A DNA stretch of 64,000 nucleotides, taken from positions 2,438 to 66,437 of the forward strand of contig CACEXK010000002.1 of NCBI GenBank assembly GCA_902563505.1, given 5' to 3'. Numbering within the stretch: the first letter of the stretch is position 1; every line of letters starts with the position of its first letter. Of the stretch, positions 33,488-41,339 are shown piece by piece. This DNA is from an uncultured Alphaproteobacteria bacterium (GTDB lineage: Bacteria > Pseudomonadota > Alphaproteobacteria > Methylaequorales > Methylaequoraceae). The translations under genes were made by a program, and so were the position numbers. Under the pieces are notes generated by a model. The model worked only from the letters and a program-made list of their open reading frames with translations, searched no databases and had not been told where the DNA came from.

Positions 33488-33877
33488 ATGAACATTAGAT
33501 TTATTTTATTGATTCCAATTCTAGAAATTTTAACATTTATTCTATTTGGTGATTTTTTTGGTTTTTTTCTAGTTCTTTTTATGATTTTTTTGACTGGATT
33601 TTTAGGACTCATCTTATTTAATTCAAGGATACAAATAGATCAACTAAGGGAATTAGCATTAAATCCTAACGATTGGGTGTATAAGAAAATTGCCGCCATT
33701 CTTCTTATAATTCCTGGTTTCATTACAGATTTTCTTGGTTTAGTTCTTTTAGTTAAGTCTTTGAGAGGATTTGCTTGGCAAATAATTGCACCAAAAAATA
33801 AAGAAAAATACAGGAATGAAAAAAATAAACAAGAAAATGTTATAGATGTTGATTATAAAGATTTAGATGAAAAATAA
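33488..33877 (+). CDS. fxsA: FxsA family membrane protein
   Basis: IPILEI, LLIIPGFITD.LG..LL, C-terminal VIDVDY. Confidence 0.85.
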   Translation: MNIRFILLIPILEILTFILFGDFFGFFLVLFMIFLTGFLGLILFNSRIQIDQLRELALNPNDWVYKKIAAILLIIPGFITDFLGLVLLVKSLRGFAWQIIAPKNKEKYRNEKNKQENVIDVDYKDLDEK

Positions 33878-34148
33878 TTATTGTAATTTCTTTGGTAAAG
33901 TTCTCGGAAGAGTCCAAGGAGTCGGTTATAGAGCTTGGTTTAAGAAAACTGCACAAAATCTAAATGTAAATGGTTGGGTAAAAAATTGTGAGGATAATTC
34001 AGTTGAATTTGAAATTTTTGCAAAAAGAGAGATTTTAGAAAAATTTATAAAATTGTGTTATCAAGGACCTATTTTTTGTAAGGTTAATAAAATAATTATC
34101 ACTGAAAAGCCAAAAAAAGAATTTGACGGTATCGAAATAATCTACTAA
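33867..34148 (+). CDS. acyP: acylphosphatase
   Basis: GRVQGVGYR, GWVKN..D.SVE, GP. Confidence 0.93.
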   Translation: MKNNYCNFFGKVLGRVQGVGYRAWFKKTAQNLNVNGWVKNCEDNSVEFEIFAKREILEKFIKLCYQGPIFCKVNKIIITEKPKKEFDGIEIIY

Positions 34149-34727
34149 ATGAAAATTTTTTTCTTAAGACACACATCTTTGAATGTTACACCTGATATGT
34201 TTTATGGACAAACTGACCTTGATGTTTCTGAAAATTTTGAGTTAGAATTGAAGGCCATAAAAGAAAAAATAAAAAAACAAAAAATCGACTTAGATAAAAT
34301 AAAATTCTTTTCTAGTCCATTAAAAAGATGTCTCAAGTTAGCAAAATCAATTTCATCTAAAATTAATGTTGATGATAGGTTAAAGGAATTAAATCTGGGT
34401 GATTGGGAGATGAAATCTAAAAGAAGTATTCCAAAAAAAATGGTTGATAAATGGGAAGCTGATTTAATGAGTTTTAAAATTCCCAACGGTGAAAGTAACA
34501 AAGAGTTTTTAGAGAGACTTGAAAACTTTATTAAAGAGATTTTAGAACTCAAACAAGATATTTTTATTATAGCTCACGCTGGATCAATAAACGGGTTGAT
34601 CTCAATTTTAATCAAAAAGCCTTTTGACAAACTTTTGAAGAATTATTGGGAGAAAATTAGTTATGGATCTCTCTCATTATTAGAAATTAAAGACAACATA
34701 ACAAAAATTAAATTTATAGGAAAATAG
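34149..34727 (+). CDS. histidine phosphatase family protein (alpha-ribazole phosphatase CobC-like)
   Basis: RHT...YGQTD, SSPLKRC, LKELNLGDWE, GES, IAHAG. Confidence 0.8.
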   Translation: MKIFFLRHTSLNVTPDMFYGQTDLDVSENFELELKAIKEKIKKQKIDLDKIKFFSSPLKRCLKLAKSISSKINVDDRLKELNLGDWEMKSKRSIPKKMVDKWEADLMSFKIPNGESNKEFLERLENFIKEILELKQDIFIIAHAGSINGLISILIKKPFDKLLKNYWEKISYGSLSLLEIKDNITKIKFIGK

Positions 34728-34730
34728 TAA

Positions 34731-35444
34731 TTGTTTGGCCTTCTAAAAAAAATGAATTCTAAAAATGAAATCATTTCAAATGTGAAAATAATTAGAACAA
34801 AAAAAAGGATAAGGTCTGTACTAACTAGGGTTAGAAATGGTACCCCAGAAATAATTTGCCCATATTTTACTAGTCAAAAGTCTTTAGAAAAAATCATAAG
34901 TAAGAATAAAGAATGGATTGCAAGGAAAGTTGAAGAGGATAGAAAAAGAGAGTATTTTTTGAAACAACTAAAAGATGGTAAATATATTTTTTTTCTTGGA
35001 AAAAAACTTAAAATTCATCTTGTAACAAATAATAATGATAAAATAGAAATCTTAAAAAATAAAATTTTTGTATATACATCTAAGAAGAATACGAAGATCA
35101 ATGAACTTTTAAAAAAATGGTTAAAGAACTTTGCAGGTCGATACTTACTTGAACGTTCAAAAAAAATATCAGAAAAAATAAAAATTAGATTTAAAAAACT
35201 GAAGATTAAAACTTATAAAGCGAGGTGGGGAAGTTGTAGTACAAACTCCGAAATTTCTTTGAATTGGAAATTAATAATGCTTCCGAAGGATATTATTGAT
35301 TATGTAATTACACATGAGTTATGCCATGTAATAGAACCAAATCATTCAAAATCATTCTGGTCATTAGTTAAGTCTTTTGATCCAGACTATAAAAATAAAG
35401 ATAAATGGTTAAAAATAAATGGAAATCCAATAATTCTTTTTTGA
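34731..35444 (+). CDS. YgjP/DUF45 (M48/SprT-like) zinc metallohydrolase
   Basis: RWGSCS, LNWKL, IDYVITHELCH..EPNHS..FW. Confidence 0.88.
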   Translation: MFGLLKKMNSKNEIISNVKIIRTKKRIRSVLTRVRNGTPEIICPYFTSQKSLEKIISKNKEWIARKVEEDRKREYFLKQLKDGKYIFFLGKKLKIHLVTNNNDKIEILKNKIFVYTSKKNTKINELLKKWLKNFAGRYLLERSKKISEKIKIRFKKLKIKTYKARWGSCSTNSEISLNWKLIMLPKDIIDYVITHELCHVIEPNHSKSFWSLVKSFDPDYKNKDKWLKINGNPIILF

Positions 35445-35523
35445 ATTTTTTCTTTGTCTAATTTTAATTATTCATTAAAGGATCATGTACTATTGAATGC
35501 AACTAATCCTTCTAATAAGATAA

Positions 35524-36264
35524 ATGAATATTGAATACAGGTTGTCTATGTTTAAAAGAATCAGAAAAAGCATTAAGTTATCTTTCATTTATGAATTATT
35601 GAAAAATTACTTTGGAGACTATAAAAAGTCCTATGCTGATAGTTTTGGGGAGGATCTTTTCGTTGAATATTTTTTTAGAAATTTAGATATAGGATTTTAT
35701 GTTGATATTGGGTGTAATCTTCCAAAAAGTAGATCATTAACTTATCTATTATATAAAAAAAAATGGAGAGGAATAAAAATAGATATTTCAGAAAGATCAA
35801 TCGACTTAAATAAAATAATTCGAAGAAGAGATATTAATTTAAACCTGTCTGTTGGCAAAGTTGAAAAGACAGTAAAATCATTTATCTTCTATAATAATTG
35901 TTCTATGAATACTGTAGATAAAGACTTTAAAAAATTTACTGAAAAAAGCGTAAATAAGAAACCAATAATAAAAAAAATTGAGCAAAAAAAATTAAATACA
36001 ATTTTAGATACTTATAATATAAAAAAGATAAATTTTTTAAAAATTGATGTTGAAGGATATGAATTTGAAGTATTGCAGGGATTTAATTTAAAAAAATTTG
36101 ATCCGGATTTAGTTTCTATTGAAATTCATGACGAAGCCTGTCCACCGATAAAAAATAGAGTTTATAATTATTTTATAAAAAACAACTATCAACTTGTATC
36201 TATATATGGCTATACATATTTTTTTTCAAAAAAAGAAAAGAAAAATATTCATTTTAATTATTGA
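35524..36264 (+). CDS. FkbM family methyltransferase
   Basis: GFYVDIGCN.P, FLKIDVEGYEFEVL.G. Confidence 0.85.
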   Translation: MNIEYRLSMFKRIRKSIKLSFIYELLKNYFGDYKKSYADSFGEDLFVEYFFRNLDIGFYVDIGCNLPKSRSLTYLLYKKKWRGIKIDISERSIDLNKIIRRRDINLNLSVGKVEKTVKSFIFYNNCSMNTVDKDFKKFTEKSVNKKPIIKKIEQKKLNTILDTYNIKKINFLKIDVEGYEFEVLQGFNLKKFDPDLVSIEIHDEACPPIKNRVYNYFIKNNYQLVSIYGYTYFFSKKEKKNIHFNY

Positions 36265-36330
36265 CTAATTGATCTAATAAATGTTTAAAAATTTTTAAAG
36301 AAAATTTTATAAAAAATACTTTTGTTTTTT

Positions 36331-36407
36331 TGGTGCGCCCGAAAGGAGTCGAACCCTTAACCTTTTGAGCCGAAATCAAATGCTCTATCCAATTGAGCTA
36401 CGGGCGC
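36331..36407 (-). tRNA. tRNA-Arg (anticodon UCG)
   Basis: reverse complement folds as GCGCCCG-TA-GCTC AATTGGATA GAGC-A-TTTGA TTTCGGC TCAAA-AGGTT-AAGGG TTCGACT CCTTT-CGGGCGC-A-CCA; A20 arginine identity base; encoded CCA. Confidence 0.95.
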
Positions 36408-36425
36408 TATTCAGTAATTAATTTA

Positions 36426-37733
36426 TCAACTATCATAACCATGAGAAAGTTTATTCATTTTTTTTTGAAGAAAGATAATTAAAACCCCAATGAAAGAACA
36501 GATAAATGTTATTCCTAAAAAAACAGTTTTTTCCCCAAGCTTATCAGAATACTGCCCAATTGTACCTGCCAATTTGTTTCCAATTCCAATTGCAGCAAAG
36601 TAAAGCCCCATGATGCTTGCTATAATTTTTTTTGGAGAAAGTTTTGTTATATAAGACAAGATAACAGGTGAAGCACAAAGTTCACCTATTGTATGAAATA
36701 GATACGCAAGTATGAGCCAATGCATTGATGATTTCCCAAATTGATGTGACTCAACTGACGCAAAATACATAAAAATAAACCCCATACCCATTATAATTAA
36801 TCCAATAGCAATTTTAAAAATCGATGAGCTAAAAATTTTTTTTTTTCTCATCAATAACCAAAAAGATGAAACATAAAACCCTAGAAAAATTATTAAGAGA
36901 GGGTTAATTGATTGAAACCAACCAGCAGGTATTTCAAAATTTAAAAAATCTAAGAACCTATCTGTTTTTTCATAAGCATAAATATTCATGAGTCCTCCAG
37001 CCTGCTCAAATGAGGCCCAAAATATTACTAAAATTATTGATGCAATTAGTATTAATTTTAATCTATCAATTTCTTTTGGTGTAAATTTGAGATTTTTAAA
37101 ATATGTTTTCTCAACTCGTCTTGTTTTTAATTTTTTTTTCCCAGTAATAAAGAATAATTGACCAATAATCATCCCAAACCCTGCCAAAGAAAATCCGTAA
37201 TGCCAGCCATGAACTTCGCCAATATACCCAACAATCAAACTAGCAAAAAAAGCCCCAAAATTTATACCTATATAGAAAATTGTGAAGCCTTGATCTCTTC
37301 TAACATCATTTTTTTTATATAGTCCACCTACTAAGGTCGAAATATTTGGTTTTAACAGGCCTACCCCTAGAATTATAAAAATAAGACCTGAAAAAAAAAA
37401 AAACTCACTCTTCAAAGCCAATAATAAATGACCAATACAAAGCAATGCTCCTCCTAGAGTTACAGCATTTATATTATTTAAATATTTGTCTCCGAGCAAT
37501 CCTCCTGGAACGCATGCAATGTAAACCAATGCCGTATACCAGCCATAGAGATACAGTGCCTCTTGATTTGACCAGCCCATACCAGGGTTGTCTCCAGATG
37601 TCTCGGATATAAGGAATAAAACTAGAATTGCTCTCATTCCATAAAAACTAAATCTTTCCCATAACTCTGTGAAAAAAAGAGTTAATAACCCTGGGGGATG
37701 TCCTGATAATTCTCTGGTAAAGTTAAGGTTCAT
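36426..37733 (-). CDS. proton-dependent oligopeptide transporter (POT/PTR, MFS)
   Basis: ELWERFSFYGMR (ExxERF), GLLKPNIS, GFTIFY.GIN.G, FQSINP, TIGELC.SP. Confidence 0.95.
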   Translation of the reverse strand: MNLNFTRELSGHPPGLLTLFFTELWERFSFYGMRAILVLFLISETSGDNPGMGWSNQEALYLYGWYTALVYIACVPGGLLGDKYLNNINAVTLGGALLCIGHLLLALKSEFFFFSGLIFIILGVGLLKPNISTLVGGLYKKNDVRRDQGFTIFYIGINFGAFFASLIVGYIGEVHGWHYGFSLAGFGMIIGQLFFITGKKKLKTRRVEKTYFKNLKFTPKEIDRLKLILIASIILVIFWASFEQAGGLMNIYAYEKTDRFLDFLNFEIPAGWFQSINPLLIIFLGFYVSSFWLLMRKKKIFSSSIFKIAIGLIIMGMGFIFMYFASVESHQFGKSSMHWLILAYLFHTIGELCASPVILSYITKLSPKKIIASIMGLYFAAIGIGNKLAGTIGQYSDKLGEKTVFLGITFICSFIGVLIIFLQKKMNKLSHGYDS

Positions 37734-37742
37734 GAGAAAGGA

Positions 37743-38168
37743 TTAGTTGTGTGAATCAATCTGCTCAAGATCTTGCAGATGAGTCTTAAGAGCTTTACTG
37801 CTTAAATTTATCTCAATTAAGAAAAAGATTATTGCAATTGAAAAAAATAAAACTGCTGGAATAAAAAAAATTAAAGCAAATTCAATTTCAAAAATTCCAA
37901 TTATTATTGTAAATAAATTAAACAAAAAGGATAAACCTGAAAAAAACTGCATTAACTTAACATACCTAAGCCTTATATTAAGTACTTTTATTTGTTCTAA
38001 ATATTTTTTTTCTTGTTTGCTCTTTTTATTTATTTTTACATCAATAAAATCACTATGAACTTTTCTTATGAGTGAACTTATTGCAATCCACCTGTTTCCA
38101 AATGTCAGCATCATTAATGGAATTGCTGGAAACAAAAAAGCTGGAAATGTAAGTTGAAAATTGTACAT
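37743..38168 (-). CDS. DUF2721-like membrane protein
   Basis: LFPAIPLMML.FGNR.....LIR..H, C-terminal EI..S..AL..HL; three hydrophobic segments. Confidence 0.7.
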   Translation of the reverse strand: MYNFQLTFPAFLFPAIPLMMLTFGNRWIAISSLIRKVHSDFIDVKINKKSKQEKKYLEQIKVLNIRLRYVKLMQFFSGLSFLFNLFTIIIGIFEIEFALIFFIPAVLFFSIAIIFFLIEINLSSKALKTHLQDLEQIDSHN

Positions 38169-38178
38169 AATTAATTTT

Positions 38179-38619
38179 ATGATTTATTATTATTATAATT
38201 ACAAATTAGGACTTTACCTTAAAATAAATTTTTTAAAAAATGAAAATTTAGTTTATAAATTGACAAAACTTCATCTACCGCTGCCTAAAAATCTTTTTGT
38301 TGGAGAATTTAGTTTGTTGAAAAATTTTTTTTTAGGTAATAAAAAAAAAATTGATGTTAAATTTGATTTTTCAGGACTTAGTAATAATTTTGTAAAAGTT
38401 CTAAAATTAATTATTGAAATACCCTACGGTAAGCTAGTTACATATTCTTCCTTGTCATCAAAATTAGGTTTTAATCCTAGATATGTTGGTTATGTTTGTA
38501 AAAACAACCCCTATCCGATTTTTATTCCCTGCCATAGAATTATTTCGAAGAATGGAGCTAATTTTTATCAGTGGGGCGAAAATACGAAAGTATTTATTCA
38601 GAATCTTGAAAGAGTATGA
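38179..38619 (+). CDS. ogt: methylated-DNA-protein-cysteine methyltransferase (Ogt/MGMT)
   Basis: IPYG...TY..L, PRYVG, NP.PIFIPCHRII; start uncertain (ATG 38179 chosen). Confidence 0.82.
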   Translation: MIYYYYNYKLGLYLKINFLKNENLVYKLTKLHLPLPKNLFVGEFSLLKNFFLGNKKKIDVKFDFSGLSNNFVKVLKLIIEIPYGKLVTYSSLSSKLGFNPRYVGYVCKNNPYPIFIPCHRIISKNGANFYQWGENTKVFIQNLERV

Positions 38620-38671
38620 AATTGGCATGTTAATTGCTTATTTAAGTTACTTTCTGCAAAGTGTCAGAAAT

Positions 38672-38738
38672 TTGAATGATGGGAAGGTCTAACAGCATAA
38701 TATTTCCTCCCTTATAAAAGAGATCTTCCCCAATTCAA
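38672..38738 (+). other. imperfect long hairpin with 30-nt loop containing CCTCCC (candidate ncRNA element)
   Basis: GGGAAGGTCT (38681-90) pairs AGATCTTCCC (38721-30) with one G-U on the + strand; TTGAAT/ATTCAA outer stem. Confidence 0.45.
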
Positions 38739-38953
38739 TCATCAATGTCCATAATAAAATTTTTAAGAAAATCTATTTGATCATCTTTAACATCCTTGTA
38801 TGAGCAACCAAATTTTTCGTTTATAATTGAACAAATGTGGGCGTATGGATTTCGTCCTTTTGGATGATTTGGAAGTGGTTTAAGTTTGAATTTTAATTCG
38901 TCTCCCTTTTTTTGTATTAAAGCCCAAATCATTTTTCGATTGTTATCTTTCAT
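38735..38953 (-). CDS. small hypothetical protein
   Basis: 72-aa ORF with protein-like HPKGRNPYAH..FG.SYKD core; 4 nt downstream of the preceding gene. Confidence 0.75.
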   Translation of the reverse strand: MKDNNRKMIWALIQKKGDELKFKLKPLPNHPKGRNPYAHICSIINEKFGCSYKDVKDDQIDFLKNFIMDIDD

Positions 38954-38957
38954 TCTT

Positions 38958-39215
38958 TTATCTAATCCCTTGATTAGTTCTTATCCTTGCTTTTTTTTTA
39001 GGTCTTTTAAACATTTTATTTCTTTCAATTTTTTTTTTAATTTTTTTTTTTTGGATTGTATATTTGTAACCTGGTTTAGGTGGGGGGAGTTTGACAAATG
39101 TCCCGTCGTCTTTGATTATAAAATAATTACCATTAATATCTTGAATCACCTCATCAGCAAAACTCAAATTTTGATAAAAAATTAATGTAAAAAGAGTGAA
39201 GTAAAAATATCTCAT
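38958..39215 (-). CDS. small exported basic hypothetical protein
   Basis: signal peptide ending SFA, PPPKPGYKY, Lys/Arg-rich tail; ATG overlaps the hydrolase stop. Confidence 0.65.
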   Translation of the reverse strand: MRYFYFTLFTLIFYQNLSFADEVIQDINGNYFIIKDDGTFVKLPPPKPGYKYTIQKKKIKKKIERNKMFKRPKKKARIRTNQGIR

Positions 39216-40213
39216 TAGTCTAGAATATGATAAAATTTTTTATTTTGAAGCTCTTTTAGACTATTTGTGAAACTTTTTAGATTCATTACAGAATCTTTAT
39301 CAAATATCCATTCCTTAATCTCTCTTGAAATAAAATCACCTTGAATATCTCTTAGCATCATATGATAGCTGAAATTATATACACCTAGTTTAACTAGTTT
39401 ACCTAAGTTTTTTTTAACATCTTCATTTTCTAATAATTTTAAAAGAGGTTTTCTGGGAACAATTTCATCCTTGACAGGAACTAAAAGGAGTGTTTCATAA
39501 TTAGGGTTTTTAAAAAAATTTAATGAATTTTTATATGATAGATCCATTAATCTTATCATTCCGTATAAACTTCTAAAATTTGGTTCATGAACAAAAAAGG
39601 GATCCTCAGATAATTCTTTCAATATTTCAATATTATCACATGCTTTAACATCCACCCAACTTTTTCCACTAATTTTTATTTTTGGGAAAATATTTGAAAA
39701 AACTTTCATCGTAAAACTTTTAAAAAAGTTATTTTGCGAAAAATCCCATACAGCAGGCGCGATGAGAATTATTCCCTCTATTGGTAAATTTTTTTGTGAA
39801 TTTGCAAGACTAAGAACTATTGCACCTCCCATACTCTCACCCATTAAAAAAATTTTTTTACTTGGATTTTTTCTCTTTATTGTTTTTATTTTATTTTTAA
39901 CATCTTCAATATGAAAATTTAAATTATACCATTCCCCCCTGTTACTATTCCTACCAAAGCCTTGAAGATCATAGGCAATAGTTCTAATTCCAAATTTCAT
40001 AAAAAATTCTGCAGGTAATTTGAAAGAATTTGAATAATCATTATAGCCATGAATTGCAAGGACAATTATTTGATTATTCTTTTTAGGGGACCAATCCTTA
40101 AAGAAAAAATTATATTCGTTTTGATTTACTCTAGAACTTAATATTTGATTATTATTTTGACATCCTGTGAAAAGAAAAGAAAGACAAAAAATTATAGCTA
40201 TTTTTTCAATAAT
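39215..40213 (-). CDS. alpha/beta hydrolase (lysophospholipase type), probable lipoprotein; true start upstream of 40000
   Basis: AYDLQGFG, GESMGG nucleophile elbow, HMMLRD; the frame stays open upstream through LAIHGYNDY and a lipobox LFTGC; start coordinate uncertain (40201-40213). Confidence 0.8.
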   Translation of the reverse strand: MIEKIAIIFCLSFLFTGCQNNNQILSSRVNQNEYNFFFKDWSPKKNNQIIVLAIHGYNDYSNSFKLPAEFFMKFGIRTIAYDLQGFGRNSNRGEWYNLNFHIEDVKNKIKTIKRKNPSKKIFLMGESMGGAIVLSLANSQKNLPIEGIILIAPAVWDFSQNNFFKSFTMKVFSNIFPKIKISGKSWVDVKACDNIEILKELSEDPFFVHEPNFRSLYGMIRLMDLSYKNSLNFFKNPNYETLLLVPVKDEIVPRKPLLKLLENEDVKKNLGKLVKLGVYNFSYHMMLRDIQGDFISREIKEWIFDKDSVMNLKSFTNSLKELQNKKFYHILD

Positions 40214-41112
40214 TTTAAAAATATGTCCTCTAAGTCTGATTCTTTGGTTGAAATTTCTTTTAGTTTAAACTTTTGATCTGCTAAGTTTTTTAAGATTTCA
40301 GCAGTAGTAATTTGACTTTTTTTAAATTTAAGAATCAAAGATTTCTGATTTTTAAAAATACAGTATTTTTTTATTTTTCTGGGCAAAGATTTAATTGGTT
40401 CTGAAAATTCAACAGCTAGTTCTTTTTCATCGAGTAAATTTAGCAAATTTTTTTTTGTGTCACATGCTATTACTCTTCCTTTGTTAATAACAGCTATTTG
40501 GTCACATAAAATTTCCGCCTCTTTAAGATAGTGGGTAGTTAAAATTATTGTCACACCACTTTTATTTAATTTTCGTATTGATTCCCAGAGTTTACTTCTT
40601 AGTTCAACATCAACGCCAGCCGTAGGTTCATCAAGAATCAATAAAGAAGGATTATGAACCATTGCTTTTGCAACCATTAATCTTCTTTTCATACCTCCGG
40701 AAAGGCTTCTTGAGTAGGCATTAGCTTTATTTTTTAAGTCAAGGTCATTTAGTATTTGTAAATTTCTTTTTTCATTCTTCCATATACCATATAACCCAGA
40801 CTGGATCTCCATTATTTGCATTGGTGTAAAGAATGGGTCAATGTTAATTTCTTGAGGAACAACCCCCATATTTCCTCTGACCGTCTTTGGGTCGCTATCT
40901 AAGTCAAGTCCAAAAACATCAACTTTTCCAGAAGTTTTATTTGATAAACCAGAAAGAATATTTATAAAAGTACTTTTACCAGCACCATTAGGTCCTAATA
41001 AACCAAAAATGGAACCTTCATTAATTGATAAATCAATATGATCGAGAGCAAAAGAACCTTCAGGATTATATCTTTTAGCTAAACCCGTAACATCAATAAT
41101 TTTTTTTTTCAT
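40198..41112 (-). CDS. ABC transporter ATP-binding protein (YadG/ABC-2 type)
   Basis: GPNGAGKST, LSGGMKRR, ILDEPTAGVD, TTHYL; no permease gene in window. Confidence 0.94.
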   Translation of the reverse strand: MKKKIIDVTGLAKRYNPEGSFALDHIDLSINEGSIFGLLGPNGAGKSTFINILSGLSNKTSGKVDVFGLDLDSDPKTVRGNMGVVPQEINIDPFFTPMQIMEIQSGLYGIWKNEKRNLQILNDLDLKNKANAYSRSLSGGMKRRLMVAKAMVHNPSLLILDEPTAGVDVELRSKLWESIRKLNKSGVTIILTTHYLKEAEILCDQIAVINKGRVIACDTKKNLLNLLDEKELAVEFSEPIKSLPRKIKKYCIFKNQKSLILKFKKSQITTAEILKNLADQKFKLKEISTKESDLEDIFLKLLKK

Positions 41113-41174
41113 TACATTTTGATTAATATTATATTATTTAAATTAAAAAATATGTTATTCTAAAATTTAATTCC

Positions 41175-41339
41175 ATGAGTTTAAATTTTCAAACAAATAT
41201 TAAATATATAGATGGTGATCGTGTAAGTTGTAGTGGAGGTGATTGGTCAAAAGAATCTCATCCGCTTATATACCTTGATTTATCATCAGGAAAAATAATT
41301 AATTGCCCATATTGTAGCATGAAGTTTAAAAAACGATGA
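41175..41339 (+). CDS. zinc-finger (zf-CHCC, NDUFS6-like) small protein, 54 aa; absent from the ORF track
   Basis: hand translation MSLNFQTNIKYIDGDRVSCSGGDWSKESHPLIYLDLSSGKIINCPYCSMKFKKR; C..H..CPYC ligands; ATGA overlap with polA. Confidence 0.88.
   Translation: MSLNFQTNIKYIDGDRVSCSGGDWSKESHPLIYLDLSSGKIINCPYCSMKFKKR

Noticed and set aside
35445-36330. Integrative element at the tRNA 3' end
   Set aside because: No integrase or transposase, and no duplicated tRNA 3' end found by eye
38483-38692. 69-aa + strand ORF overlapping ogt
   Set aside because: Alternate frame of the conserved Ogt PCHR region, no recognisable motif
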